Shown here: positions 32,707 to 41,383 of the stretch, in pieces
Position numbering within the stretch: position 1 is the stretch's first letter
How the letters are laid out: each line of letters opens with the position of its first letter
Source of the DNA: an uncultured Nitrospiraceae bacterium
Lineage (GTDB): Bacteria > Nitrospirota > Thermodesulfovibrionia > Thermodesulfovibrionales > SM23-35
Reading direction: 5' to 3'
NCBI GenBank assembly: GCA_963727775.1
Contig: CAVSHB010000004.1
Location: 64,001 to 128,000, forward strand
Length of the DNA stretch: 64,000 nucleotides
Notes under the pieces: model-generated
Told to the model about the DNA's origin: nothing
What the model saw: only the letters and a program-made list of their open reading frames with translations
The model's database searches: none
Translations under genes and position numbers: made by a program

Positions 32707-32776
32707 TGGAGATCCCAACGAATTCGGCCCCTTGTTCCGGTCAATCGTCCGCCCATTCCGTTTTATTCCGTCCGCC
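32707..32776 (+). mobile_element. IS21-like terminal repeat, left
   Basis: TG..AATTCGGCC..TTCCG multiple internal repeats, inverted relative to 35981-36076. Confidence 0.5.
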
Positions 32777-32843
32777 TTTGTTTGTAACACCTGCAAGCAA
32801 CGGAAATGACGGAAGCCAAAAAATGATGATTTGCAGAAGAATT

Positions 32844-32934
32844 ATTTAACGACACCCATGAGCAACCGGGCCACAGACATCTGCTCAAAACCAACCAGCT
32901 TTATTTCCGGTCTGCCTCGATGGGCTTGTTACCG
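32844..32934 (-). other. attC site (91 nt)
   Basis: R'' CGGTAAC, L'' CATCGAG, L' CTCATG, R' GTTAAAT. Confidence 0.75.
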
Positions 32935-32936
32935 TT

Positions 32937-33203
32937 TTATATTTTGTTATATTTCGGTTTTAAAACTTTTCGAAGATCTTGCTCAAGCGCCTTACGTTCT
33001 TGTTCATCCGAAATCGGTACGAAATTCCAGCTCGTAAATATTTTGTCAGAGTCTTTTCGCGTATGCTCGGCCACACGCAAAAAGCAATTCCAGCCCTGCC
33101 CTACATAAACCAGTTCGCTATTAAGGAACAAAAAGTACACGCCGGAGCAAGCACCAGAAACATGATGACTCGTTCTTTCAAGTTCTTCAAGATTTGGTTT
33201 CAT
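32937..33203 (-). CDS. Small GIY-YIG nuclease-like protein (cassette)
   Basis: SGVYFL..LVYVGQ..R..H..E..PKYN. Confidence 0.75.
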   Translation of the reverse strand: MKPNLEELERTSHHVSGACSGVYFLFLNSELVYVGQGWNCFLRVAEHTRKDSDKIFTSWNFVPISDEQERKALEQDLRKVLKPKYNKI

Positions 33204-33222
33204 ACAGCTTACTGAGTTAGCC

Positions 33223-33690
33223 TCAACTCTTTTTCCTGTAAATATAAGACCCAGTGAATTCTTTGGCAACAAAATTGCCAGTGAAGTCTATCTCGTCGTA
33301 TGGAGTTTTTGTCCCTTTTTGATTAATTAATTCGTATCCTTCGGCTAATGCATGTTCTATGAGAGCTTTTTCAATTATGCTTATACATTTATTTGAACTC
33401 TGCCCCGGCTTGCATATATATTCGCCGATGACAAGAACCTTTGTGCCATTTTGTGAGTTTTCAATTGCCTTCATCAAGTTTGTTGTATTAAATTGTGAAC
33501 GTATGCGATATGCAAGGTCTCCAGCTTTGCCAATGTAAAGCGGGGTCAGATTTTCACCATATAGCCGACAGAACATATAAATTCCTGGTACCCCTTCAAA
33601 TTTAGACAAGTCCCTTATGTTGTAAATTAGATTCTTCTTTGATCCGTCTTCGAGCGAAAGCGGTTTATGCCAAAACACAGAAAGGCTCAT
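33223..33690 (-). CDS. GIY-YIG-like protein (cassette)
   Basis: PGIYMF..PLYIGKA..R..EKALI..LIN. Confidence 0.7.
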   Translation of the reverse strand: MSLSVFWHKPLSLEDGSKKNLIYNIRDLSKFEGVPGIYMFCRLYGENLTPLYIGKAGDLAYRIRSQFNTTNLMKAIENSQNGTKVLVIGEYICKPGQSSNKCISIIEKALIEHALAEGYELINQKGTKTPYDEIDFTGNFVAKEFTGSYIYRKKS

Positions 33691-33733
33691 TGTTTTGCGC
33701 TCCTTTTAAGATTAATATTATTCATTTTTGTCG

Positions 33734-33782
33734 CGGTAACATCAAGTTAAGCAGGTGCCACCGCTTGAACGGCTGGGTGGAA
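33734..33782 (-). other. attC site (49 nt, degenerate R'')
   Basis: TTCCACC-5-GTTCAAGC-10-GCTTAAC-5-GTTACCG. Confidence 0.65.
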
Positions 33783-33825
33783 TTAGCCATCCTTGCCCAG
33801 TAAAGGGGGTCCACTCACCGTTTCC

Positions 33826-34771
33826 TTATTTTGACTCATTAGTTGCAGCTTTGATATGAACACGTAGTTGTTCGAGAAGAAATTCAACATTAAGGTTGCT
33901 ATCTAACTCTCTCCACTCGTCAATGAAGCTTCTTTCTGTTGCGATGGTAATCAGCCCCGCCCCTCTAATGAGCTCATAAAATGCGTTTGTATCTTCAGGT
34001 AGAACAGCTTTACATGTATGAAAATAGTCTAAATCGATATCTATGATATAAGGAACATTAAAAAAATTGTCTGTAAAGAAAGAAGGGTACATTTCCTTCA
34101 TTATAGACAGCTTTTTCATCAAAAGCGCTGATTCAATGGCTTGATTATAATGAGGGATCGTACAGTCATCATTATGAGATTGACGGGGACAACCTATATA
34201 ACACAAATTCTCTACTAAACATGGCGACATAATTTTTGCCGCATAATTACAATGCAACCCTATAATTCATGCCACTTCATGCGACAATTGTTATGACGGT
34301 ATGTTTAAATAGATTTCAGCGTCGGGGTATGTGAATGGCCTTTGAGGGCGCTCAGGGCGAGGGAGCATGCCAATGACGTTATCTCTGTATGGCTGCCTCT
34401 TCATAGGATGAAGGCTCATCGAACGCTGCATCATAGCTTATAATAAATGCCTTTGAAATAATGCCTGCTTTAATTGCGGCATCAATATGTTCGTCGTTTC
34501 TCAGACAAGCTACCGCCTTCTTGACCGAATTAATGTCAGAAAATTTAATGTCAGAGATTAGTTTTTGCGCTAAATCATCATTACACTGGAAGCTATTGGT
34601 GTCAAATGTTGCTGCTGAAAAAGCATTATGAGTATCAGTATGGTGGTCTAAGCTGAGTAGTATGGGTGGTGCATCTCGTTCCTGACGATACAATGCCCAA
34701 CTCGTCAGAACCATCTGATGCTTAGGGAAAATATCAATCTTCTTGTTATTGATAGTAATCTCTTGTCTCAT
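33826..34771 (-). pseudogene. UPF0489-like protein, split (cassette)
   Basis: LSLDHHTD and LRNDEHI in 34379..34771; IIDIDLDYF and TIATE in 33826..34257. Confidence 0.7.
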
Positions 34772-34781
34772 CTTTATTCAA

Positions 34782-34831
34782 AACCAACGACGAGTTGAGC
34801 CGCCATTGGCGGCTCGAACGACTCGTTATAA
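34782..34831 (-). other. attC site (50 nt)
   Basis: TTATAAC-5-GTTCGAGC-11-GCTCAAC-5-GTTGGTT. Confidence 0.8.
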
Positions 34832-34832
34832 C

Positions 34833-35696
34833 CTACTGCGGTAATTGCTTCTGAATGTTATCGACTAGAGTTTGAGCCTGCTTCGTTAGTTGTTTGAAAA
34901 AGGGTTCCATTTTCGCTTTTTGTTCGAAGCACCGGCAATATGCTTTAAAACCCTCATCTTCGTATCTATGCGTGTCGTCGATAGCTTTCTGATCTTTAAG
35001 TTTCGATGCTCGATAAGTGGCGAATGCAGCATCCGATTTCTTCTTGAATTTATCCCACACGTCTTTGCATTCCGCGATTTGATTAATGTTGCTTTGCACC
35101 TCGGCAGATACCATAAATACACGATCGTCATTTGAGAAAAAGACAAAAAGATGTTTTGGTAAGAATAGCCCGATATCCTGTGCCCATAATCCAAGGAATG
35201 TATAGGCAAACGATTTATTATTGGTAGTCCGTACCGGTACATCTGCAAAATGGGTAACAGCTACATCCCAATTAAAAACCAAGCTATAAAATTCTTCAGC
35301 TTTTGCAAGCTTGCCCAATTCTGTGGGCAGTTTTTTGTGCTGTTGCAAATAACTATTCAGCAAATCCGTGGTTGTCACGAATAATAGCTCGTGCTTGGAA
35401 TCGAACCGCAATCCATCGACTTGGCCAAAACCGCCATCCTGGTAAAGGGTTTCTAAATTAATCTTTCCTCGTTTTGGAAAATGTGCGACATCAACGGGGC
35501 CTATTATCAACTGAAGTTGCTTCTCTAATTTTGAGAGGGCTTTTTCATCTGAATTAGCCTCTGGGGCGCTCGCTGTGGAAAATTGATGGATAAATCCATC
35601 ACGTGTATCGAGATATTCATCTCGCGACGACGCGGCCTCGGACTGTCCGGTAATGCATAGCAACAATGAAATAATCGATATGAAGACTTTTATCAT
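34833..35696 (-). CDS. Secreted hypothetical protein (first cassette)
   Basis: 287-aa ORF with signal peptide, bounded by GTTATAC (35721) and attC. Confidence 0.8.
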   Translation of the reverse strand: MIKVFISIISLLLCITGQSEAASSRDEYLDTRDGFIHQFSTASAPEANSDEKALSKLEKQLQLIIGPVDVAHFPKRGKINLETLYQDGGFGQVDGLRFDSKHELLFVTTTDLLNSYLQQHKKLPTELGKLAKAEEFYSLVFNWDVAVTHFADVPVRTTNNKSFAYTFLGLWAQDIGLFLPKHLFVFFSNDDRVFMVSAEVQSNINQIAECKDVWDKFKKKSDAAFATYRASKLKDQKAIDDTHRYEDEGFKAYCRCFEQKAKMEPFFKQLTKQAQTLVDNIQKQLPQ

Positions 35697-35980
35697 GGAT
35701 CATGTCCCTCTTCGGTATAACCAGCCATTAGCTAGTTTATCGAGAATACTCTTTTTGTAATGTTATCTGTCCAGTTGCTGCGACTAATATCCGAAATCTC
35801 ATATTAGTCATCCGGATAATATCGGATTTGTAATGTTAGTCGTACAAAATCTGACTTTCTCATATAGTTTAATTCCGATAATAACTTACACTATTTTAAA
35901 TTTTATGAAAATAACATATTTCAGAAGAGGAAGTTAGTCGCGGGACACGTTTCGGATTAAAGTCGAGATTTCCTCCTCAA

Positions 35981-36076
35981 GGGGTGGCAACTTTGCTCCG
36001 GAACGGGCGGTCGGAACAAACGGAACAGCTGGCCGGAATGAATCAGAATCAAAGGCCGAAATGGTCCGGGAAATGA
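35981..36076 (-). mobile_element. IS21-like terminal repeat, right
   Basis: ggtggcaactttgctccggaa..cggaac..ccggaat..ggccgaaat repeats. Confidence 0.55.
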
Positions 36077-36090
36077 ACAAATCCCAAATT

Positions 36091-36492
36091 TTACAGCATC
36101 GCTATTCGTTTGTCTTTGTACGGCTGGGGCCATTGGTGGGTATCAATCAGCCATATAAGATGCTCAAGCAGGTTCGGCTGGTTGGTAATGTTCGGCTCCT
36201 CATCGAAAAGAACGCCCACGAGATACATATCTTTAAACTTTTTCTGCCAGTCGACTTTGCCTGATATTGTGTCCTCCCGCGTTTTTCCGGCCCTACCGAC
36301 AAATGAGACATTGATACTCACCATCCTGCCTCTTCCTATAGACCGGGATGAATATAGCCCTATCCCTGAAAATGATATATTAGCTATGGTTGCTTCAACA
36401 ACTTTTTTCTCTTTGAGAACCGTAACAGTTGCGCTGCCGAAAAACTGATACCTGTTCCATTTTCGGGCATCTTCAAAGCTTTTCTTTTTCAT
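36091..36492 (-). CDS. PilZ domain protein
   Basis: RKWNR (RxxxR) and NISFSG (N/DxSxxG). Confidence 0.8.
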   Translation of the reverse strand: MKKKSFEDARKWNRYQFFGSATVTVLKEKKVVEATIANISFSGIGLYSSRSIGRGRMVSINVSFVGRAGKTREDTISGKVDWQKKFKDMYLVGVLFDEEPNITNQPNLLEHLIWLIDTHQWPQPYKDKRIAML

Positions 36493-36498
36493 ATTTTC

Positions 36499-36621
36499 TC
36501 ATTCCTTTCCGATATCTTTTCTAAAACGTATGCCTTCAAAATGGATTTTCTCTATATTCCGGTAGGCGACATCCCTTGCAGCCGATAAAGTACTGCCTTT
36601 GCCGACTACATGCAGGACCCT
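36499..36621 (-). pseudogene. purD C-terminal remnant
   Basis: RVLHVVGKGSTLSAARDVAYRNIEKIHFEGIRFRKDIGKE*. Confidence 0.75.
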
Positions 36622-36782
36622 GCGCCGTCGGGTACCAGCCCCTTTTACACTGACCTGCCCCCCGTTATTGTACCACACTCAGAGTGGCACTTAGAAGGTA
36701 AATGGCTTACAAAGAATGAGACTTATTTGAAAAATGATATAATATGCAAGTTTTGAATTCTTAGGGAAAGGAAACCAAAAAA

Positions 36783-38057
36783 ATGCGCGTATTAATGGTT
36801 GGGCAAGGTGGGCGTGAACATGCCCTGTGTGTAAAGATAGCCAAGTCTCCTTTGTGTGAAGAACTCTTCTGCGCTCCCGGAAATGCTGGTATAAATGAAG
36901 TTGCTAAATGTATTCCTGTATCCTCTGAAAATACAGTAGGGCTGGTTGATTTTTGCAAACAGGCCACGATTGATTTTGTAGTTATTGGACCGGAAAATCC
37001 ATTAGTTGCAGGACTTGCTGACGTCCTTGAGAGCAATGGCATTCCGGTTTTTGGACCATCTAAAATGGCAGCGCAGCTCGAAGGCTCAAAGAGTTTTACA
37101 AAGGAGTTCTGTGTCGCATACAATATTCCAACAGCTGCTTTTGCCAGGTTTACAGGTGCCGCTGGTGCAAAATCTTACATTAGATCGCAGGGAACCCCGA
37201 TTGTCATTAAAGCCAATGGTTTGGCCGCAGGAAAAGGCGTAACCGTAGCTCAGAATTTTGAAGAGGCTTCAGCAGCCGTAGATGCCGCACTGATCGGTAA
37301 TAAGTTTGGGGAGGCGGGTCGGGAAATTGTAATTGAAGAATGTCTTACCGGAAAAGAATTTTCGTTTTTCGCTTTTGTAGACGGCTCAAGCGTTATGCCA
37401 CTTGCAACCGCCCAGGATTATAAACGTGTTGGTGACGGGGATTTGGGACCGAATACCGGTGGGATGGGGGCTTTGTCCCCTGCCTTAGGACTACCGGAAG
37501 GTATAGAGCAAGAGATGATGAAGACTGTAATCCTGCCTACTGTGGAAGGAATGAAAAAAATTGGCAGCCCTTTTAAAGGAATTTTGTATGCAGGAATGAT
37601 GCTTACCGAGGCCGGGCCCAAGCTGATTGAGTATAATGTGCGGTTTGGTGACCCGGAATGTCAGGCGCTTTTGATTCGCATGGATAACGATTTATTACCG
37701 ATTCTGATTGCTACTCATGAGGGCAAACTAGCAGACTTCGAACTTTCATGGGATCAAGATTTTTCTATATGTGTTGTGTTGGCTGCCGAAGGATATCCTG
37801 AAGCGCCCAAGAAAGGAAGTATTATATCTGGCCTTGCGGAAGCGGCTTCCAGTGACCCTGATGTGCAAATTTTACATGCTGCTACCAAATTTGACGGCGA
37901 CAATATAGTCGCTGATGGCGGTCGAGTATTAAATATTGTGGCACATGCCCCAACTATTGACCAGGCCCGCGCCAAAGCTTACGCAGTTGTCAAAAGAATA
38001 CATTGGCCGGAAGGGTTTTGTCGACGCGATATCGGAGCTAGTGTACTGTCCCACTAA
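36783..38057 (+). CDS. purD: Phosphoribosylamine-glycine ligase
   Basis: GGREHA, GLAAGKGV, GPNTGGMG, RFGDPE, GGRVL. Confidence 0.97.
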   Translation: MRVLMVGQGGREHALCVKIAKSPLCEELFCAPGNAGINEVAKCIPVSSENTVGLVDFCKQATIDFVVIGPENPLVAGLADVLESNGIPVFGPSKMAAQLEGSKSFTKEFCVAYNIPTAAFARFTGAAGAKSYIRSQGTPIVIKANGLAAGKGVTVAQNFEEASAAVDAALIGNKFGEAGREIVIEECLTGKEFSFFAFVDGSSVMPLATAQDYKRVGDGDLGPNTGGMGALSPALGLPEGIEQEMMKTVILPTVEGMKKIGSPFKGILYAGMMLTEAGPKLIEYNVRFGDPECQALLIRMDNDLLPILIATHEGKLADFELSWDQDFSICVVLAAEGYPEAPKKGSIISGLAEAASSDPDVQILHAATKFDGDNIVADGGRVLNIVAHAPTIDQARAKAYAVVKRIHWPEGFCRRDIGASVLSH

Positions 38058-39177
38058 AAGCTGGACAATGATTAGTTGTCATGGTAAGCTATATGGCATG
38101 TGGGAAAAAGCAGAAGTTCTGGAGATGACAAAAGAGCAGCGCAGGACATTGGAAGCTTGGAAACGGGCTAAGACCAGCCCTCAGCGAGCAGTACTGCGAG
38201 CGAGTATTTGTCTTTTGGCGGCGGATGGCTTGTCGAACAACGCTATCGCGGCCCAACTGTCCACCTCCCGCCCGACAGTAATCCAATGGCGCAAACGTTT
38301 CGAAGAGCATGGACCGATGGGATTGGCCGAGGACGCACCCCATGGCCCGAGTCCACAGGCTCTTCCGCCGGACCGGGTGAAGGCCATTGTCGAAGCGACT
38401 CTCCACACGACACCTCGCGATGCCACGCAGTGGTCGGTGCGTTCGATGGCAAGGGCTCAGGGAGTCGGCAAGTCCACGGTGCAACGTATATGGGACGCGC
38501 ACGGTCTTCAGCCTCATCGCGTTGAGACATTCAAGTTATCCAAGGACAAGCGGTTTGTTGAAAAACTGACGGACGTGGTGGGAGTGTACTTGAATCCGCC
38601 GGACAAGGCGGTGGTGCTGTGTGTTGACGAGAAGAGCCAAGTTCAAGCGTTGGATCGGACACAACCCGGCTTGCCGATGAAGAAAGGGCGCTGCCGAACC
38701 ATGACCCATGACTATAAGCGCAATGGCACTACGTGTCTGTTCGCGGCGTTGAATGTGCTGGAGGGAAAAGTTATTGGCTCCTGTTATCCGAGGCATCGCA
38801 ACATCGAATTTCGGAAATTCCTGCGACAGATCGACGCCACCGTACCCTCGGAATTGGGCGTCCATATGATTCTGGATAATTATGGTACGCACAACCATCC
38901 CAAGGTTAAAGCATGGCTGAAAAAACATCCCCGATTTCACCTTCATTTCACGCCGACCAGTTCCTCATGGTTGAATCTGGTGGAGAGATGGTTCGGAGAG
39001 ATCACACGGAAACGCATTCGCTGTGGAGTTTTTCGCAGTGTTTCGGAACTTGTTGCGGCAATAGAAGACTTCATCCAGATCAACAACGAGAGTCCCAAGC
39101 CGTTTGTCTGGACGAAAAAGGTCGATGCCATCTTGGAAAAGGTCGTTCATTGTAAAGCCGTTAGTGGGACACTACAC
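38041..39177 (+). mobile_element. IS630-family element (transposase ~38098..39180)
   Basis: 17-bp TIRs GTGTACTGTCCCACTAA / TTAGTGGGACACTACAC, TA flanks; VDEKSQ, LDNY, SWLNLVE. Confidence 0.95.
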
Positions 39178-39219
39178 TAGTTGAAAGCGTGCGTAAAAGG
39201 CAAATTATGTTTACATTAA

Positions 39220-39343
39220 CGGATGGTATGCCCGAAAGTCCGAAAAGTGCCGTCAGATGACAGAGCATTCCCCAGACACGCTCCTTTTTTTCGATGGGAT
39301 TATTGACAATGGAATCTTCAGTGATCTGATTCAGCTCTTGCAT
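39220..39343 (-). pseudogene. DUF4870-like N-terminal fragment
   Basis: KKERVWGMLCHLTAL..GIP, then diverges. Confidence 0.5.
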
Positions 39344-39424
39344 AACGGATGTATTGTATCAAAACAGAAGTTAAAAAGATAACGTACCTCGTATTGCTTT
39401 TCAGGAATTAATGCATGTTAAAAA

Positions 39425-40177
39425 TCAAATCTTTCCCACTACTGCAAGGTAAATTGCAAATTCGTTTTTACCGTCAACATCCAAAAGCTTGTCCATCAAC
39501 TCCTGGTGATAAGCGGCAACAGCGCATGTCCCCCCGCCAATTGCTGCACTGGCTAAATACAGATTCTGGCACACATGTCCAGCATCGAGCGCAATAACCT
39601 TATGGGCCGCAATATGGTACCGCCATTCCATTCGATAAGGTATGGTCGTCCATATAAATATTGCAGGGGCTTTGCCGATAAAAGATTGATAAAACGTCGC
39701 CGTTACGATGTCCTCTGATAAGTTTTCATTTATTGATACGACGAGAAGCTGATGTTCAATCGGCAGATAACGGTAAATCCCCATCGCTGCTCCTGTAACA
39801 TTCAAAAGACATATATAAGTCTCAAGCGCATGGCGACAACCGGCTGAAGGTACGGTCCGAAAAGCTGTGGCTTCATCTTCCCGCTTTCTTATGCCCTGAG
39901 TCGCCCAAAGCAAGAATGATAATTCTTCCAGGGACAACGGCTCTTCCTTAAAATGTCTATGACTTTCTCTATTTTGTATTGCGGAAATAAGATCTATATT
40001 AGCAATGCTATGCAAGTTATCTTTTGTCACCAGTTCAATCCGGTTACCTTTCACGTCATAAGGCTTTTCAATCGGAGGAGGTGATAGCCCTTTTCTTTGA
40101 TCTGTCTGACTGAAATCAATCGTCTGACGTACTGTGTCTTTTAAAAAAGAACGGTATTGCTCCAATAAATTATCCAT
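39425..40177 (-). CDS. SagB/ThcOx-family nitroreductase
   Basis: LSFLLWATQG, RTVPSAG, LDAGHVCQNLYL. Confidence 0.9.
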   Translation of the reverse strand: MDNLLEQYRSFLKDTVRQTIDFSQTDQRKGLSPPPIEKPYDVKGNRIELVTKDNLHSIANIDLISAIQNRESHRHFKEEPLSLEELSFLLWATQGIRKREDEATAFRTVPSAGCRHALETYICLLNVTGAAMGIYRYLPIEHQLLVVSINENLSEDIVTATFYQSFIGKAPAIFIWTTIPYRMEWRYHIAAHKVIALDAGHVCQNLYLASAAIGGGTCAVAAYHQELMDKLLDVDGKNEFAIYLAVVGKI

Positions 40178-40199
40178 AACACTTCTCCTCTTTCTTGAC

Positions 40200-40269
40200 G
40201 TTCGGTGAAGCCATGCTGTGCCGGAGTTGCACAAACGTCTTTGCCCGAAAGGACAGGGAGCTTACCCAA
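40200..40269 (-). pseudogene. Truncated HicA toxin
   Basis: TTG start overlapping hicB stop: MGKLPVLSGKDVC..QHGF, then truncated. Confidence 0.55.
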
Positions 40270-40483
40270 CAGCAACCTCGACTTGTGTAACAAATATCTC
40301 GCCATGAAGCCGCTGTTTTATCTCTTCAGGAGAGGCGGCTTCAAAAAATAATTCTAATGCCTCCTTGAGGTTATCACGTGCTTGCTCGATGGTATCCCCC
40401 TGGCTTGCTATATAGAGCTCTGGACATAGAGAAACATATCCATCATTTTCTTTTTCTATGATTGCCGTCAGTTTTTGTGTCAT
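40262..40483 (-). CDS. HicB-family antitoxin
   Basis: YVSLCPEL..ASQGDTIEQA..NLKEALELF. Confidence 0.88.
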   Translation of the reverse strand: MTQKLTAIIEKENDGYVSLCPELYIASQGDTIEQARDNLKEALELFFEAASPEEIKQRLHGEIFVTQVEVAVG

Positions 40484-40555
40484 ATCGCCTCTTTTTGCTT
40501 CTATTATACCTTTAAGTCCTAAGTTACTGAAGTTGTAAATATTCGCGGGACCGGA

Positions 40556-40981
40556 TTATTCCGGAGAAAGAATCTTAAAACCTTCGGTAGATGCGGCATC
40601 ATTCAGTTTATCATCAAATGATGAAAATAACAGCGAAACATTGTCCTGATTTGCCTTCAGCAGCGTTGCAGCAGAGAGATGAACAGCATCGAAACCTCGC
40701 AAACCATATAGGTTCACCAGCCGCCCGGCCTCCAGTTCATCAAAGTCTAATGCCGCGAACCGTACCCATTCACTGGAAAACTTAGCGATCAGGGAATCGT
40801 ATTGCTTTTCAGTTAAATCACCTTGTCTGAAGCGTCTACCTATTGCCGACATCGTTTCAGGATACGCTATGCGGCAGGTGGCAACTATTTCAGCTTCTTG
40901 AACCCATTTCTTAACTAAAGCCGTGTGGGCTTCCTGAACGTATAACTTCACAAAACTACTAGTATCAAAATACACAATCAT
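40556..40981 (-). CDS. PIN/VapC toxin
   Basis: YFDTSSFVKLY, LRGFDAVHL, FDDKL. Confidence 0.9.
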   Translation of the reverse strand: MIVYFDTSSFVKLYVQEAHTALVKKWVQEAEIVATCRIAYPETMSAIGRRFRQGDLTEKQYDSLIAKFSSEWVRFAALDFDELEAGRLVNLYGLRGFDAVHLSAATLLKANQDNVSLLFSSFDDKLNDAASTEGFKILSPE

Positions 40982-41238
40982 CGACGTTCCTCAAGAACAG
41001 TTTTAGAAAGAGACTTGCCTTTAATTTTGATATTATCGAGCCCCTCGGGCTTTCCTCCTGACCACTTAGCCCTGCCTGAATCAATAAGTGACTTCAGAGC
41101 TTTCCTCTCTCTGGATATTGGGACAAACAAGGCAACTTCCTTGCCGTGTTCAGTTATGACGACTTCTTCGCCTTGGCGCACTCTATCAACATAACTGCTG
41201 AGTTTCGTCTTCAATTCTTTTATTCCCACAGAAATCAT
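40978..41238 (-). CDS. Phd/YefM antitoxin
   Basis: VGIKELKTKLS..GEEVVITEHGKEVA. Confidence 0.9.
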   Translation of the reverse strand: MISVGIKELKTKLSSYVDRVRQGEEVVITEHGKEVALFVPISRERKALKSLIDSGRAKWSGGKPEGLDNIKIKGKSLSKTVLEERR

Positions 41239-41312
41239 ATTAACCTCCTTAGTACATATTATGGTTACAATATACAATAAAACTGGTTACATTAGCAATA
41301 GGAATGGCTACT

Positions 41313-41375
41313 TATCAACACGCTAAACTACCGGCTTGCTCTTATTGCCGGTCAGGTTTGACGCAGGTATTCGAC
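41313..41375 (-). other. attC site (degenerate)
   Basis: R'' GTCGAAT..AAACCTGACCGGC/GCCGGTAGTTT..R' GTTGATA. Confidence 0.6.
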
Positions 41376-41383
41376 ATTCTTTT

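Noticed and set aside
35981..36076. CGGAA repeats as a mini-CRISPR
   Set aside because: Short, degenerate and without spacers; they fit IS21-type terminal repeats.
39370..39424. Possible attC after the nitroreductase (TTTTAAC..GTTATC)
   Set aside because: Core-like ends are present but there are no pairing L boxes.
40190..40262. Possible attC after hicB
   Set aside because: No L/R box symmetry; better explained as the hicA 5' remnant.
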